Assembly: GCA_039545335.1 (NCBI GenBank)
Contig: BCIN01000003.1
Span: forward strand, 1,993,060 to 2,057,059
DNA from: Kondoa subrosea
Lineage: Eukaryota
Length of the DNA: 64,000 nt
Direction of reading: 5' to 3'
The notes under the pieces were generated by a model, which was not told where the DNA came from, made no database searches, and was given only the letters and a program-made list of their open reading frames with translations. This document shows, one piece after another, positions 26,856 to 38,789 of this stretch. Made by a program: the position numbers and the translations under genes. Positions within the stretch are counted from its first letter, which is position 1. Every line of letters begins with the position of its first letter.

Positions 26856-27222
26856 GGAAAAGGTAGCTTAAATTCTATGCCTGGCCAAAGCGAGTGCTAG
26901 TCTGGACCGATAGTGGGTAAGTCGACATGTCTGCTAATCCATTATGACTCATCCTCCTTTTGAGTCACAGGTTTTCAGAATCTGCTGCAATGCGCTTTCA
27001 AAAGGAGTGATCCGAATTGTTGTCCTCATGACCGAATGCTTTCAGGTCCAACTTGGGCATTCCCTGGTCTGTTTTACTCACATTGATTCAAACCGATCAT
27101 ATATATGGCTACTACCGTTTGTCTAGATCGTGGGAAGATCATTGAACAAGGTTTGCATCTCAGCAATTGTTGAAAAGACTTGTGAAGAATTCTTCGCGAC
27201 CCTGACTAGCTTGCAGCATTGA
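26856..27222 (+). pseudogene. Degenerate relic of the 3' end of an ABCC transporter, homologous to 10737-11091
   Basis: Colinear nucleotide similarity: tatgcctggccaaagcgagtgctagtctggac vs tatgccttgatgaagccagtgccagtctagac; aatctgctgcaatgcgctttcaaa vs aatctgctacagaacgctttcaaa; tttgtctagatcgtgggaagatcattgaacaagg vs tttgtctagagcaagggaagatcatcgaacaagg; ctagcttgcagcattga vs ctagcttggatcattga. Indels and loss of the Walker B DE. Confidence 0.8.
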
Positions 27223-27356
27223 GATACTCGATACTAGAGCTAGAGTTTCTCATCTGTGACTTTGACGTCCGCCACTGTTCACCTTGCCTCGCGAAACGAA
27301 TTTCGTTTAAGACACTTTGTTTCGCTACCAACTTATACCCGTTGCACTCTGCCACT

Positions 27357-30300
27357 ATGAGTGCCCAAGAATTTGACTTGGATGCTGAACTCAATGGCGA
27401 GGAAGGGGACAATGCTGCTGCTGCTGGTCAAGCGGGAGATGAATCTCAAGAACAACAGAATGGCGCGGATAATCAAGATGAGGAGGAGGAGCAGGGTGAT
27501 GGTCAGGAGGGTGAAGAGGATGAGGATGAGGTGTGCTTTAGCTGCGTGCTGTACAAGAGACAGGCTCTGATTTGTGGAATTGCAGGACGAGGATGAAGGC
27601 AGCGCTGAAGAAAGTAATAGACCGGCAAAGGTGCGTTGCTGAAAGCCTATATGCTGTAGTCTAGCTTAGGTATCTCTTCAATGTACAGCGCCGCAAGATC
27701 AAACGCAAGGGCAATCGTTTCATTGATCTTGAAGCGTATGTCTTTTGATTCGAGTATTTGCACGCTATCTGCTGATACTGGTTCTTCATCTGCACAGTGA
27801 AGTCGACGAGGATGACGACGAAGAGGAAGATGATGAAGATGGGGTAGGCGCAGCAGGCAAGTCTTTTACAACTCTCACATTCCCGCAGCTCTAATTTCGA
27901 CTGTGGCCCAAACAGACGGCTTTGTGGTCACTGGACAAGATCTAGCTGGCCCAGAAGAAGATTTTGATGAAGCTGCAGCAAGCAGACAGAATAGGGCTTA
28001 TGATCGAAGGCACCGAGATGTCGAAGAAAAAGATTTACACAAGATTGCGGAGGAACTTGATGCAAGAGAAAGAGATAGAAGAAGAGCTGCTCGAGAAGCT
28101 GACGAAATGGGCGCAAATGGTCAATTACCTCGAAACTACTTGATGCCGGATATCAATGATCCCACTATCTGGGCTCTGAAAGTCAAGCCAGGAAGAGAAC
28201 AAGCTCTGATTCTTTCCATCTCAAGGAAAGCTGCTACGCAAGACATTCATATTGTTTCTGCTTTCTTCAGAGACTCGCTCAAGGGTTACATTTATGTTGA
28301 AGCAAGATCCGAAGCTCATGTTCGATCAGCTGTTCATGGTCTTGTTGGTGTCTACGCTACAAATCAACCTCTTTTGATCCCTCTGGAAGAAAGACCTGAT
28401 TTACTCAAGACTAGAAAAAGGGATGTTCCTCTTCAAATTGGCGGATGGGTCAGATTCAAGCGAGGCAAATATGCTGGCGATGTTGCTCAGATTGTTGATG
28501 TACCTGAGAACGCCGACGCAATCACTATCAAATTCGTTCCTCGTATTGATATGAACCCGAAACCTGAAGAAACGAGTGCGGATGGCAAGAAGCGAAAGAA
28601 AGCACCGTCAAACAACGCTGCATTCAGACCACCTCAACATTTTTTCAATGCAGATGAAATCAAATCCGTTTATCCTCCTCGATCAGTCTCATACGCCAAA
28701 GGAGTCTATCAATTCCAAAATGATGAATTTGAAGATGGGTATTGTATCAAAGATGTACGCTTGACTGCGCTCAACATTGAAGATATCAACCCAACTATCG
28801 ATGAAATCACCAAATTTGCGGGAGAAGCTCGATCAGCAGCAAAAGCTACCAAAACCGGAGAGCTGGACGAAGATGATACCACTGCAGAAAAAGATCGAGA
28901 TCAAGCTGCTCTGAACCTTTCCTTGATAGCTGATGCTGCAAGGAAAACTGCAAATTTGGCTTTACAACCTGGTGATCACGTAGAAATCTTTGAAGGCGAT
29001 TCTAAAGGAGTCGTCGGTGTTGTGGATTCGATCGTCAACGAAATCGTCACTCTCAACCCTTCGGAAGATGCACATCCAGATTTATCAGGAACAAAGCTTG
29101 ATGTGGACATCAAAAGCGTTCGAAAGAAGTTCAAAGTTGGAGACCATGTCAAAGTTCTCAGTGGTTCAAACGCAGACGAGACTGGTTTGGTCGTCAGTCT
29201 GGACAGGGAAACAGTCACTTTCATCTCGGATTTGAGCGGAGAAGAAATTACCGTCTTTGCCAAAGATATTAGAGAAGCTGCTGAAGTTGGTTCTGGTATC
29301 AACACCATTGGTCAATATCAGCTTCATGATTTGGTCCAGCTAGAGTAGGTGCAGTAGGGGATACCCTGAGACTATAGCTCATGGATTTTCTTCGCACCTA
29401 CAGTACTCAAACCTGTGGTGTCATTTACAAGATTGAAAGAGGTGTCTTCCGCGTGCTCGATCAGTCTGGTCAAGTCAAAGGTGTTCGACCGCAAAATTTG
29501 CAAGGCAAAGTCGTTTCCAATTCTGCCCTGGCTACGGATGCGGAAGGCAGCACTGTCAACATCGGCGATACTATGAAGGAAACTCAAGGCTCTGTGAGTT
29601 GCCGACTTTCCTGCATAGACTAATGCTTAGGAAGCCTTGCACGACATACAGTACAGCTCCGTACAGCGGGTTGGCAAAGTTCTACACATCTATCGATCTC
29701 TGTTCGCTTTCCTCTATAGTCGAGACTATGCTGAAAACGGAGGAGTTTTTGTCACTTATGCTCAATACCTCACTTCCGCTGCACCGAAGCAAAAGCGTGG
29801 AACCGATTACTCGAAACTTAACCCAGATCTCATGCCTCCACCATCAAATCGGGCCCCTCTTCAGGAGGACACCAATATCGCTGGCACTTCAGGTGCTAAG
29901 CGTGTCCGTGATCCTATTGTTGGCATGCTGGTCACCATTACCAAGGGCGCGCAGAAAGGATTCCAAGGCGTCGTGAAAGATGTCAATGGCATGGCTACGC
30001 GTATTGAGCTGACTTCCAATAACAAGACCGTAAACATCGATCGAATGAATCTATATGCAAAGTCAGTGAGGTACCAATTTTATCGCTCGAGACTGATCGA
30101 TTTGTTATATAACAGGGCACACAGATCGACAGGCGGTGCTCTTCTGCCTGTAGATGAGGCAATCAAGTCTTTCAGAACTCCTTCCGGAGCTCCTCGAGGG
30201 GATCAAAATGGTCGACCTGCAGGCAGTTATGCAAGCGGAGGAAGAACGTCCAATCCTTATAGCGGAGGTGGAGCGACTGCGAATCCGTACACTGCAGGAT

Positions 30301-31822
30301 CAAGAACTGCCAATCCCTATGCAGCAGGAAGCAGAACGGCGAATCCTTATGCAAATGGCAATGCGACTGCCAATCCCTATGCTAATGGCGGATCTACTTC
30401 GAATCCCTATGCTGGTGGAGCAACACCATCTGGCCGGAACTCGTCGTATGGCAACTCGTGGGCAGCAGGCGCGGCGACTCCTCATGCATCGACAAGTGGA
30501 ACGAGTTGGGACAGTTCTGCTAAAACACCTTATTCCGGCGCAAGTGGTCAGAACTCATTCAGCGCATCTGCTAGAACTCCTTACAACCCCAGTGCTGGCA
30601 ATTCGTACAGTGCTGGAAACAGATCACCCTATCATGCTCCTCAGCAAGACATCAAAGTACCTCCGCAAGGTAATACTTACGGTGGTTCGAGCAGCTATGG
30701 CGGTGTTGGTCAGAACAGAGGATCTGCGTCTACTGCACCTACACCTTATGCTTCTGCTCCGACACCTTACAGCGGCAACGCCAATACTCCTTATGGTGCT
30801 CCGACTCCTGCAGCTTCAGGTCAACGTTACGAAGATCCAGAAAGAAGAGCTTTGCGGGAACAAGCCATGCGAGATGCAGCGACGCCTGCTGCTGCACCTA
30901 CGCCCGCTGCTTATACCAATACTCCAGTAGCGTCGTACGATTACAATCCAGCTGGCACTGCGACCAACTCTATGCCTTTGAGCAAATCGAGATGGGGATC
31001 TGGTCCTACTTCAGCTCCAACGCCAGCTGTAAGGCGCTTTCTCCTTTGATAAAGTCGAAGACTGATCAATTGCGGATAGGCTCAAAATTACGATTATGAT
31101 ATGGCCGCACCTACACCAGGTGCCTCGCATGATCAGCAACGTCCGATGGGCGCACCTACTCCTGGTGTCTTTTCCGCGCCCACTCCAGGTGGCTATTCAG
31201 CACCAACACCTGGAGCTTTCTCAGCACCAACCCCCGGAGCTTTCACAGGAATCACACCTGGTTTCTCTGCTCAAACACCGGCAGCTTACGGGCAGACACC
31301 TGGTGCAGGGCTTTACGGCGCACCAACGCCTGCTGCAGGTCTATTGAATCAATCTCATGGAAGTACGACGAGCAGGCTTGGTGGCTTACCTGCAGATTGG
31401 GCAGAAATTGGATTAATTGTACAAGTGATCTCGCCTGATGGAAACGAAACGAAAAGCGGAACGATTCTGGAAGTCCAGCCCGATATCCTCAATACTACTT
31501 ATTTGTGTCAAGTTGCGGTTGAAGGAGAAGAAGATTCAAGATCTGTTGGAGTGAAACTTCTAGCACCTTATCAACCTGATGGACCTGGTCAAGATGTGAT
31601 TTGCGTTGGCAATGGACCTCATAGAAGAGAGAAGTTGAAGACCGATATGAGGGATGATGATACTTTCATCTGTCTGTTTGAAGATGGCAGAGGCAAGGAC
31701 CAGTTTGAAGCATCAAGATTGTGTTTGGTGAGTGTTTTTGCGCCGAATCGTTTGTGCTTACTAAGATTTCTTATTTTCCACAGTACGACAAGCAAATGAA
31801 GGATTCGATAGGAGAGGAGTAG
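27357..31822 (+). CDS. SPT5: Transcription elongation factor Spt5
   Basis: Acidic N-terminus, NGN domain ([23 protein letters not shown]), KOW motifs ([29 protein letters not shown]) and C-terminal repeat regions. Confidence 0.97.
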
Positions 31823-31969
31823 TAGTACTATGTATCTGTAGCTCTGCATCAATGTGTATACTTCATGGCCTGTGCTCTTGACCAACCATTTTTTTGAAAA
31901 TATTTCTTGCTCCCTCTTCCTCGAACCAAACGATACCCAAGGCTGCCCATACCTAAGGAGTGATTAGAT

Positions 31970-34150
31970 ATGGCTGTCAAACGACTCAAGAAGAAGGGGG
32001 ACTCTGGCGCTGCAAAGAACTACATTACCAGAACCAAGGCCATCAAGAAATTACAATGTTCGCTGGCAGACTTCCGCAGGCTTTGTATCCTGAAGGGCAT
32101 CTTCCCTCGTGAACCTCGGTCTAGGAAAAAGGCCAACAAAGGCTCTACGGCTCCTACTTCTTTTTACTATATCAAAGATATACAGTACCTAGGTTTGTGA
32201 ATGGTCTTCGAAAGTAGCAGTCGTGCTGGTTGCTGATGATATTTATTGACTGTAATAGCTCACGAGCCAGTCTTGGATCGATTGCGTCAACACAAGACCT
32301 TCGCGAAGAAGCTCAGCAGAGCTTTAGGCAGAGAACAGTATGGGTTGGCCAAGAATTTGCAAGAGAACAAACCAATGTTCAAGATTGATCATATCATCAA
32401 AGAGAGGTCAGCTTGGGCAGTCGGTTAGTAGCACAACGTGCTGAAGAATTTGTCTTGTTGATAGATATCCCACTTTCCCTGATGCGTTACGAGACCTGGA
32501 CGACGCTCTCTCCCTCGTTATGCTCTTTGCGCATCTTCCAGCTTCACCTCAAGTCTCTTCTACCGTAATCGCGAATTGTGCACGTCTGTCAGCAGAATGG
32601 CAATTGTATGTCATGAGGAGTAGAAGCCTGCGGAAGGTCTTCTTGAGCATTAAGGGGATCTACTATCAAGCTGAAGTCAAGGGTCAAACGATTACTTGGC
32701 TTGTACCGTTTTCTTTCACTCAGAATGTGAGTTTGGCACTGCCTGTTCCATTCAATCGTCAATGCTGATTCCTAGCAATAGATCCCCTCAGACATCGATT
32801 TCCGTATCATGTTAACTTTCATCGAACTCTATCAAACTCTTCTTGGATTCTGCTTTTACAAACTGTATACCGACAGCAATTTGATCTACCCACCAACAAT
32901 AGATCAAAATCGGGATGAAGGAGCAGCAGGAATTGGAGCTTTACTTTTGGAAGAAACTTCAAGACATTTGACTGTTGAAGGACAAGCGGAAACTGAAGCT
33001 GCCGTGAATGGAAACGGAAAGAAGATTTCAGCCAAACAAGTCAAGAAGCAAATCACCAATATTACGAAACATACAGATCCATCTGCTGTAGTAGAAGAAG
33101 AAGAGGAAGCTCAACCAGAAGTAGCTGTAGCGGAAGAATCGACTGAAACTGGATTTGTTGATGCATCAGGTCAACAACTCGCTACTAGTTCAGAAGCCAA
33201 CACCACTCTCTTTGACTCTTACTTTTTCTTCCTATCTCGTGAAGTTACTCGACCTACATTAGAATTCGTCATTCGATCTTTTGGTGGTCAAGTAGGATGG
33301 GATCCAGTACTTGGAGCAGGTTCACCTTTTACAGAAGATGACGCAAGAATAACACATCATGTAGTTGATCGACCAATCCCAACTGATCCAGAACTTTTAG
33401 CCATTCATCAAACTAGAATCAATGCTTTTCCAGGGAAAAGAAGTTTGATTCAACCTCAATGGGTAGTGGATTGCGTTAATCGGCAAACAATTCTATCTAC
33501 TGGTCCTTATTCTCCTGGTGCTACTTTACCACCACATTTATCTCCTTTCGTTAATGATAAATTGGTTAAAGAACAAGGTGGTTATGTTCCTGCTGAAGCT
33601 TTATCTATTGAAGGAGCAACGATTGAAGAAATGTCTGATGAGGAAGAAGAATCTGAATCTGAAGAGGAACAAGCAGAAGCAGAAGATGATGATGAAGCGA
33701 TTGTTGCAGTAGGAATGGAAACAGTTAAAGTTAAACCTTTACCACCTGCTTTATTGGCAGCAGCAAGAAATCCGGATAACGAAGAATTGCAACATGCTGC
33801 TGAAATTGAAGCGGAAGCTACAAACGTTCCTCATGCTGTCTTCACGCAGCAACTCAAACAAGTCAAGAAAGATTTGAAAAAGACTGCTCCGGAAATCATC
33901 ACGGCTACTAGAAAGAGAGGACCAGCTGCTGAAGAAGAGGATTTGAAGAATATTATGATTACTGGTAAGAAGAGGAAAGTGTATAACAAGATTCAACATT
34001 CGAAGGGAAAGAAGGCAGAAGAGGTAAGTCTAGTGACAGATGTGACCAAGAGTTGTGCTAACGTGTTCACGAATATAGAAAGAGAAGTTGGAGCAAAAGA
34101 AGAAAGCTTTGCAAAAAGCAGAGAAACGCTTAAAGCGAGGTGTTGCTTAG
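31970..34150 (+). CDS. NOP7: Pescadillo homolog (60S biogenesis, BRCT domain)
   Basis: [56 protein letters not shown] motifs ITHHVVDRP and [19 protein letters not shown]. Confidence 0.97.
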
Positions 34151-34234
34151 AAGTTTTTGTATTGTGCATTCATGTCATTTGCTCATCCTCTCTTTGTTCC
34201 TGTTCAATTCTCAATATGCTTAGAGTTTTGATTG

Positions 34235-34703
34235 TCAAGAAGACTTGTCGTCCTTGATCTTGATGTCGCCTTTGTGAGGACTGTATCATCCATCAGTATG
34301 GACCTGAAGCGGATTTGAGCGAGGGAAAACAAACCCTTCGTCTGATGCCTTGCTGTCTGATGACACAGCCTTATTGGCATGCTGATCGTCATGATCCGAG
34401 GCAGAAGGAGGCTAAGCATAGATGTAAGCTCAATTCTCGAAAGATTGATCGGTTTAGTTTACCTTTGGCATTCCGCCTTACGAAAGAGATAAATCAGCTC
34501 AAATATCTCGTCACAGGGTAATCCTGCTCACTGAGGGATCCTTCTTCAGCTCCGTGATCCTGGGAAGTGCCTGTACATCAGGATTAGATTGGATTCCGCT
34601 AGATCCCCAACGTCAACCAGCGTACTGTCGTGTTTGTGATCTTGGACGGCTAACAGGACGTTGAGCGCACGCTTTCCGAGGACCTGCTGTGCTTACAAGA
34701 CAT
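34235..34703 (-). CDS. Hidden 68-aa hydrophilic protein, 6 exons
   Basis: Five GT-AG introns of ~47-52 nt splice in frame to MSSVQDHKHDSTSQDHGAEEGSLSGMPKPPSASDHDDQHANKAVSSDSKASDEGPHKGDIKIKDDKSS-stop. Confidence 0.65.
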
Positions 34704-34875
34704 TTTGCTGATTCGTTGTTGAGTGACGAAATATTATTGTCAAGAACTTCGAATGCCCTGGATCTGTGGCTGCTACACTACTATGCGGTGCTGATGGCGG
34801 CTGAGTAATATACTCTGGAGCGCGCCTTGATCGCTCGACTTGCTAAAAGCTGACAAATTGCTTCGTGTTGTTTCC

Positions 34876-37208
34876 ATGTGTCGACGGGCTGTCCTTTCTC
34901 TTTCTCGTACACCAGCACTTGCTTTGTCTTTCTCCAGACCTCGTATCGTATCTGCGTTTCTCCCATCGCACCAAAGTCTGTTGTCTTGTCCAACAAGTAC
35001 TTTCCCCTTCGCACGGTCCTACTCTGCCACTGTTGAAAGTGACTTCTACTCCGCTATGTCTATCGAGAATGTATGGCCTTTATTCGTAACGTGCAGTGTA
35101 AGCTGATAAATGACTAAGTTGTATGAAATCAACGGGATCAAACCTCTTACTATCATCAACGAAGGCGATCAAGTGGAAGTACAGGGCAATGGAAAGAATC
35201 CTTACATTTTGAAAGCTTACGGAGAGTGAGTTTGTGTCGGCTTGCGCTCTTGTCTGTAATAATGGGGCGAGAATAGTCATTATGGCTGGTCAGCTTATGC
35301 GTGATAGCTGTTGGCTTGCCTAATTGCAAATTATGCGATGTATGACAGCTCCTGTGTAGGTTATCTTCAGAATGAGTGGAAGACTTGCTGATCATTGCTT
35401 TGGCAGCCTGCTTGGAAGATGCAAAAGGGTGCTCCAGTCGACGGAAGAAGGTGAGCCGTTCCCTACCAATAACCGATTCATCTAATCCGCTGAGCAGCTG
35501 CAAACATCTTCGCGCAACTCTAGGTGATGAGGTATATTTCTGTAATCTAACTTTTGAGAACCAACTCACTTATTCGCTAATAGTATGAAGATGCTCGTTT
35601 GGAAGCCAAAGGTGTCGAAGTCAAGAAGACTGGAGAAACAGCAAAGAAAGCTGCACCCAAGAAACGTAAAGCCAAAGCTGACGAAGAAGAAGCAGAGGAA
35701 GACAATGCACCTAAAGCTAGTACTTCGAAGAAAGCTAAGAAAGATGAAGATGATGCTAAAGCACCTGATTTACTTCTTGGTATGCGTCTAAATAGGTACA
35801 GCAGAGAGTCGTGGCTGATTATCCGGGGCCGCAGCTAATAAATTCGATGTCGAGAAAATGAAGCCTGATCCTACCAAGTTCTGGCTGTCTGAGAAGGTGC
35901 GAGGAGATTGTGTGCAGATGTCAGCGTGAGCTGATTCTTCGACCTCCCTGTGCACAGCTGGACGGCGTTCGTGTTTGTAAGCGATTTGCTTGTCGGCTTA
36001 TCAACCATCTTATAGTCGAGAGGCAGTCTGGGATGGAAAAGTCATACTTTAGCTCATTGTCCAGCTATGTGCTGACTCGATTTGATGCAGGGCAACCTGA
36101 TTTCTCGCTTGGGCAACAAGTTTCATGCGCCGGATTCTTTCACAGAGCGTGCGTTCGCAGCAGAATCAGTAAGATACATACTAAGATCTGACAATTTGCG
36201 CACAGTGCTGCCTCGGGACCAGACTCTCGATGGCGAACTCTTCATGAAGTAAGCCTATCCCCTTCGCTGCTGACCTGATCCACTAATATCGATTAGACGC
36301 AACGCTTTCTCTGAAACCATCTCTATCGTTCGATCCAACGCATCAGCTAAGTGGCCTTCTATCACTTTCATGGTTTTCGATATTCCCTCTCAAGGCCAAT
36401 TACCATTCGAAGAACGAATCGCTTACCTGAAACGACTTTTCCCTAAAGCTCCTTCTTTCAGATTAGGCGAAGAGGAAGAAGCTAAAGGAAAAGACAATGT
36501 TACTTTGGTTGATCGTAAATTATCTTCCTTTGTGTTGGTCGTCAAAAGCTGATTTATTTGACGGTAGAGGTGAAATGTACTGGATCGGATCATCTCTTGT
36601 CTACTTTGGCTATGGTAGAGAAGGTTGGAGGAGAAGGTCTTATGATGAGAAAAGAGAAATCCAAGTACGAAGGCAAGCGAAGTGCAACTTTGCTTAAAGT
36701 CAAGGTTGGGATATCACTTTAGTCGATATCGCCAATGCTAATTTACGACAGACCTTCTATGACGCTGAAGCTGAAGTCATTGGCTATGAAGATGGTGAGC
36801 TCAAATTGACGGAAGTTGTCGATACTGCTGATAGATTGACAGGCAAAGGCAAGTATAAAGGCATGACTGGTAGCTTGAAATGTAAGATGGAGTCAGGCAA
36901 AACTTTTAAAGGTGAGAAGTATTATTCTTAATGATAAGCCATTTGCTAACATTCGTGATAGTTGGCTCTGGGATGGATGATGCGCAACGTCAAGATCCCC
37001 CAAAAGTTGGAGCGATTATCAATTACAGATTTCAAGAAATCACTAAAGATGGAGTTCCTCGTTTCCCTACCTTTACTGGGTCAGTCTTCTGCCTCGCTTC
37101 AGAATCTTTGGCTGACATGCTGGATTTAGCGAGGCGATTGATAAGACGGAGGCGAAAGATGCAGTGCTACCTAATAAAGCAGGCGAAGGAGAAGACGAAG
37201 ATGAATGA
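34876..37208 (+). CDS. Minimal ATP-dependent DNA ligase (bacterial LigE/viral-like adenylation plus OB domains) with N-terminal SWIM zinc finger and putative mitochondrial presequence
   Basis: Motif I WLSEKLDGVR, ISRLGNKF, LDGELF, FMVFDIP, EGLMMR, LLKVK, DAEAEVIGY..GKGKYKGMTGSL, FKVGSGM, GVPRFPTF. SWIM CSCPAW...SCKHLR is assembled from micro-exons. Confidence 0.9.
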
Positions 37209-37546
37209 AGCAGGTGGAAGTAGCTCAAGAGCCGCAAACAATGGGCTGGCTGAGCTGAGCTTAAGCACACGAACCCGAAAGAAGCATAAGAACAGTCATG
37301 TGGGATTATAGTGACCCAATTAGCGAGAAAGACTAAAAAGAGACAAAGCATGGCAGCGAAAGCAATGAAATCTGAAGTCACTTAGAAATTGAGATTGCTT
37401 TGGGTCTCCAATTTAGGCTCGCTACAGCTATTGAACAGCATCATTTAGAACAATTAGCTAGTATTCTACGAGTATATTGAGAAGCGAGTGGCCGCGTCAG
37501 TATAAAACAAGTTTGTGGGTTTGGACAGCATCAACGACTTCTAGAC

Positions 37547-38674
37547 ATGGCATCAGGCGGCGGAGGAGCATACAGGCAAGTACAAGGAGCTCTGATCTAG
37601 CTGGCTTCAGTTGACAATAGCTCGCTAATGCTTGCAGCTTCTCACTTACGACATTCTCGCCCAGCGGTCGGCTCTTTCATCTACCTCAAGGACATCCTAG
37701 CTCATGTGCAATTGACAGGCAAGCTTGTACAGATCGAACATGCTCTAGCAGCTGTCAATCAAGGCACTACAAGTCTAGGAATCAAAGCTACGAATGGCAT
37801 AGTCATTGCGACTGAGAAACGAGTGCGTGTCCTCCATCCCATTCCTCTATCATTCACTCACTTGAACACAGATCGTATCACCTCTGATAGACGACAGCAT
37901 GATTGAGAAAGTCGCATTGATCTGTCCAAACATTGGAATGGTTTATTCTGGCATGGGACCCGATTTCAGAGTTTTAGTAGCCAAAGCAAGAAAATCAGCT
38001 CAAGCTTATTGGAAGATTTATCAAGAGTATCCACCTACTAGAGTTCTGGTTCAGGAAATAGCTACAGTTATGCAAAGTGCTACTCAATCTGGGTCAGTCG
38101 TCGTCGGTGCTGCTGTATCAGATTAGTACTGATGCACTTTCGACGGGATGACAGAGGAATAAGACCGTATGGTGTTTCTATACTCGTTGCGGGATGGGAT
38201 GAAAGTAGAGGTCCAACTTTGTATCAAGTGGATCCTTCTGGTTCTTTCTGGGCATGGAAAGCAAGCGCGATAGGGAAGAATCAAACGAACGCAAAGACTT
38301 TCTTGGAAAAGAGGTGCGTCTATGTGTACTTGGTTTATATCACATTGCGCTGATTTCCAATGCTCATGTTGCACAGATACAACGATGACATTTCATTAGA
38401 AGATGCTATTCATACTGCTCTACTTACGCTCAAAGAAGGCTTCGAAGGTCAAATGACGGAAAAGACTGTAGAGATTGGCGTGATTGGAACGGGTGAAGGT
38501 TGGGCTGCGAAGTCTGAAGCGAGAGTGCATGGAGGTGAAGAAGCTGGAGAGGTAGTGAAACCGAAACCAACGTTCCGAAAGCTTACAGAAGCTGAAGTCA
38601 AGGATTTCTTAGCGCTGGTGAGTCATTTCACCTGTGCGACATATGTTGAATTTATCTAACGCTTGTCACAGTAA
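37547..38674 (+). CDS. PRE8: 20S proteasome subunit alpha-2
   Basis: [78 protein letters not shown]. The last exon contributes only the stop codon. Confidence 0.97.
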
Positions 38675-38789
38675 TCGCTTGTGTATTATTTGAGATTGCA
38701 ATGCTCTTAGCGAGACTTTCGTTAGCCTATCTAGTGACTCTAATCAAGTTCTGCTCAGGTCGAGACGACCGTGACAAACTTCCAAAGGT

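Noticed and set aside
30154..30930. 258-aa alternative-frame ORF and 30-nt tandem repeats
   Set aside because: Shadow frame of the Spt5 CTR; the repeats are coding with no spacers, so not a CRISPR array or satellite.
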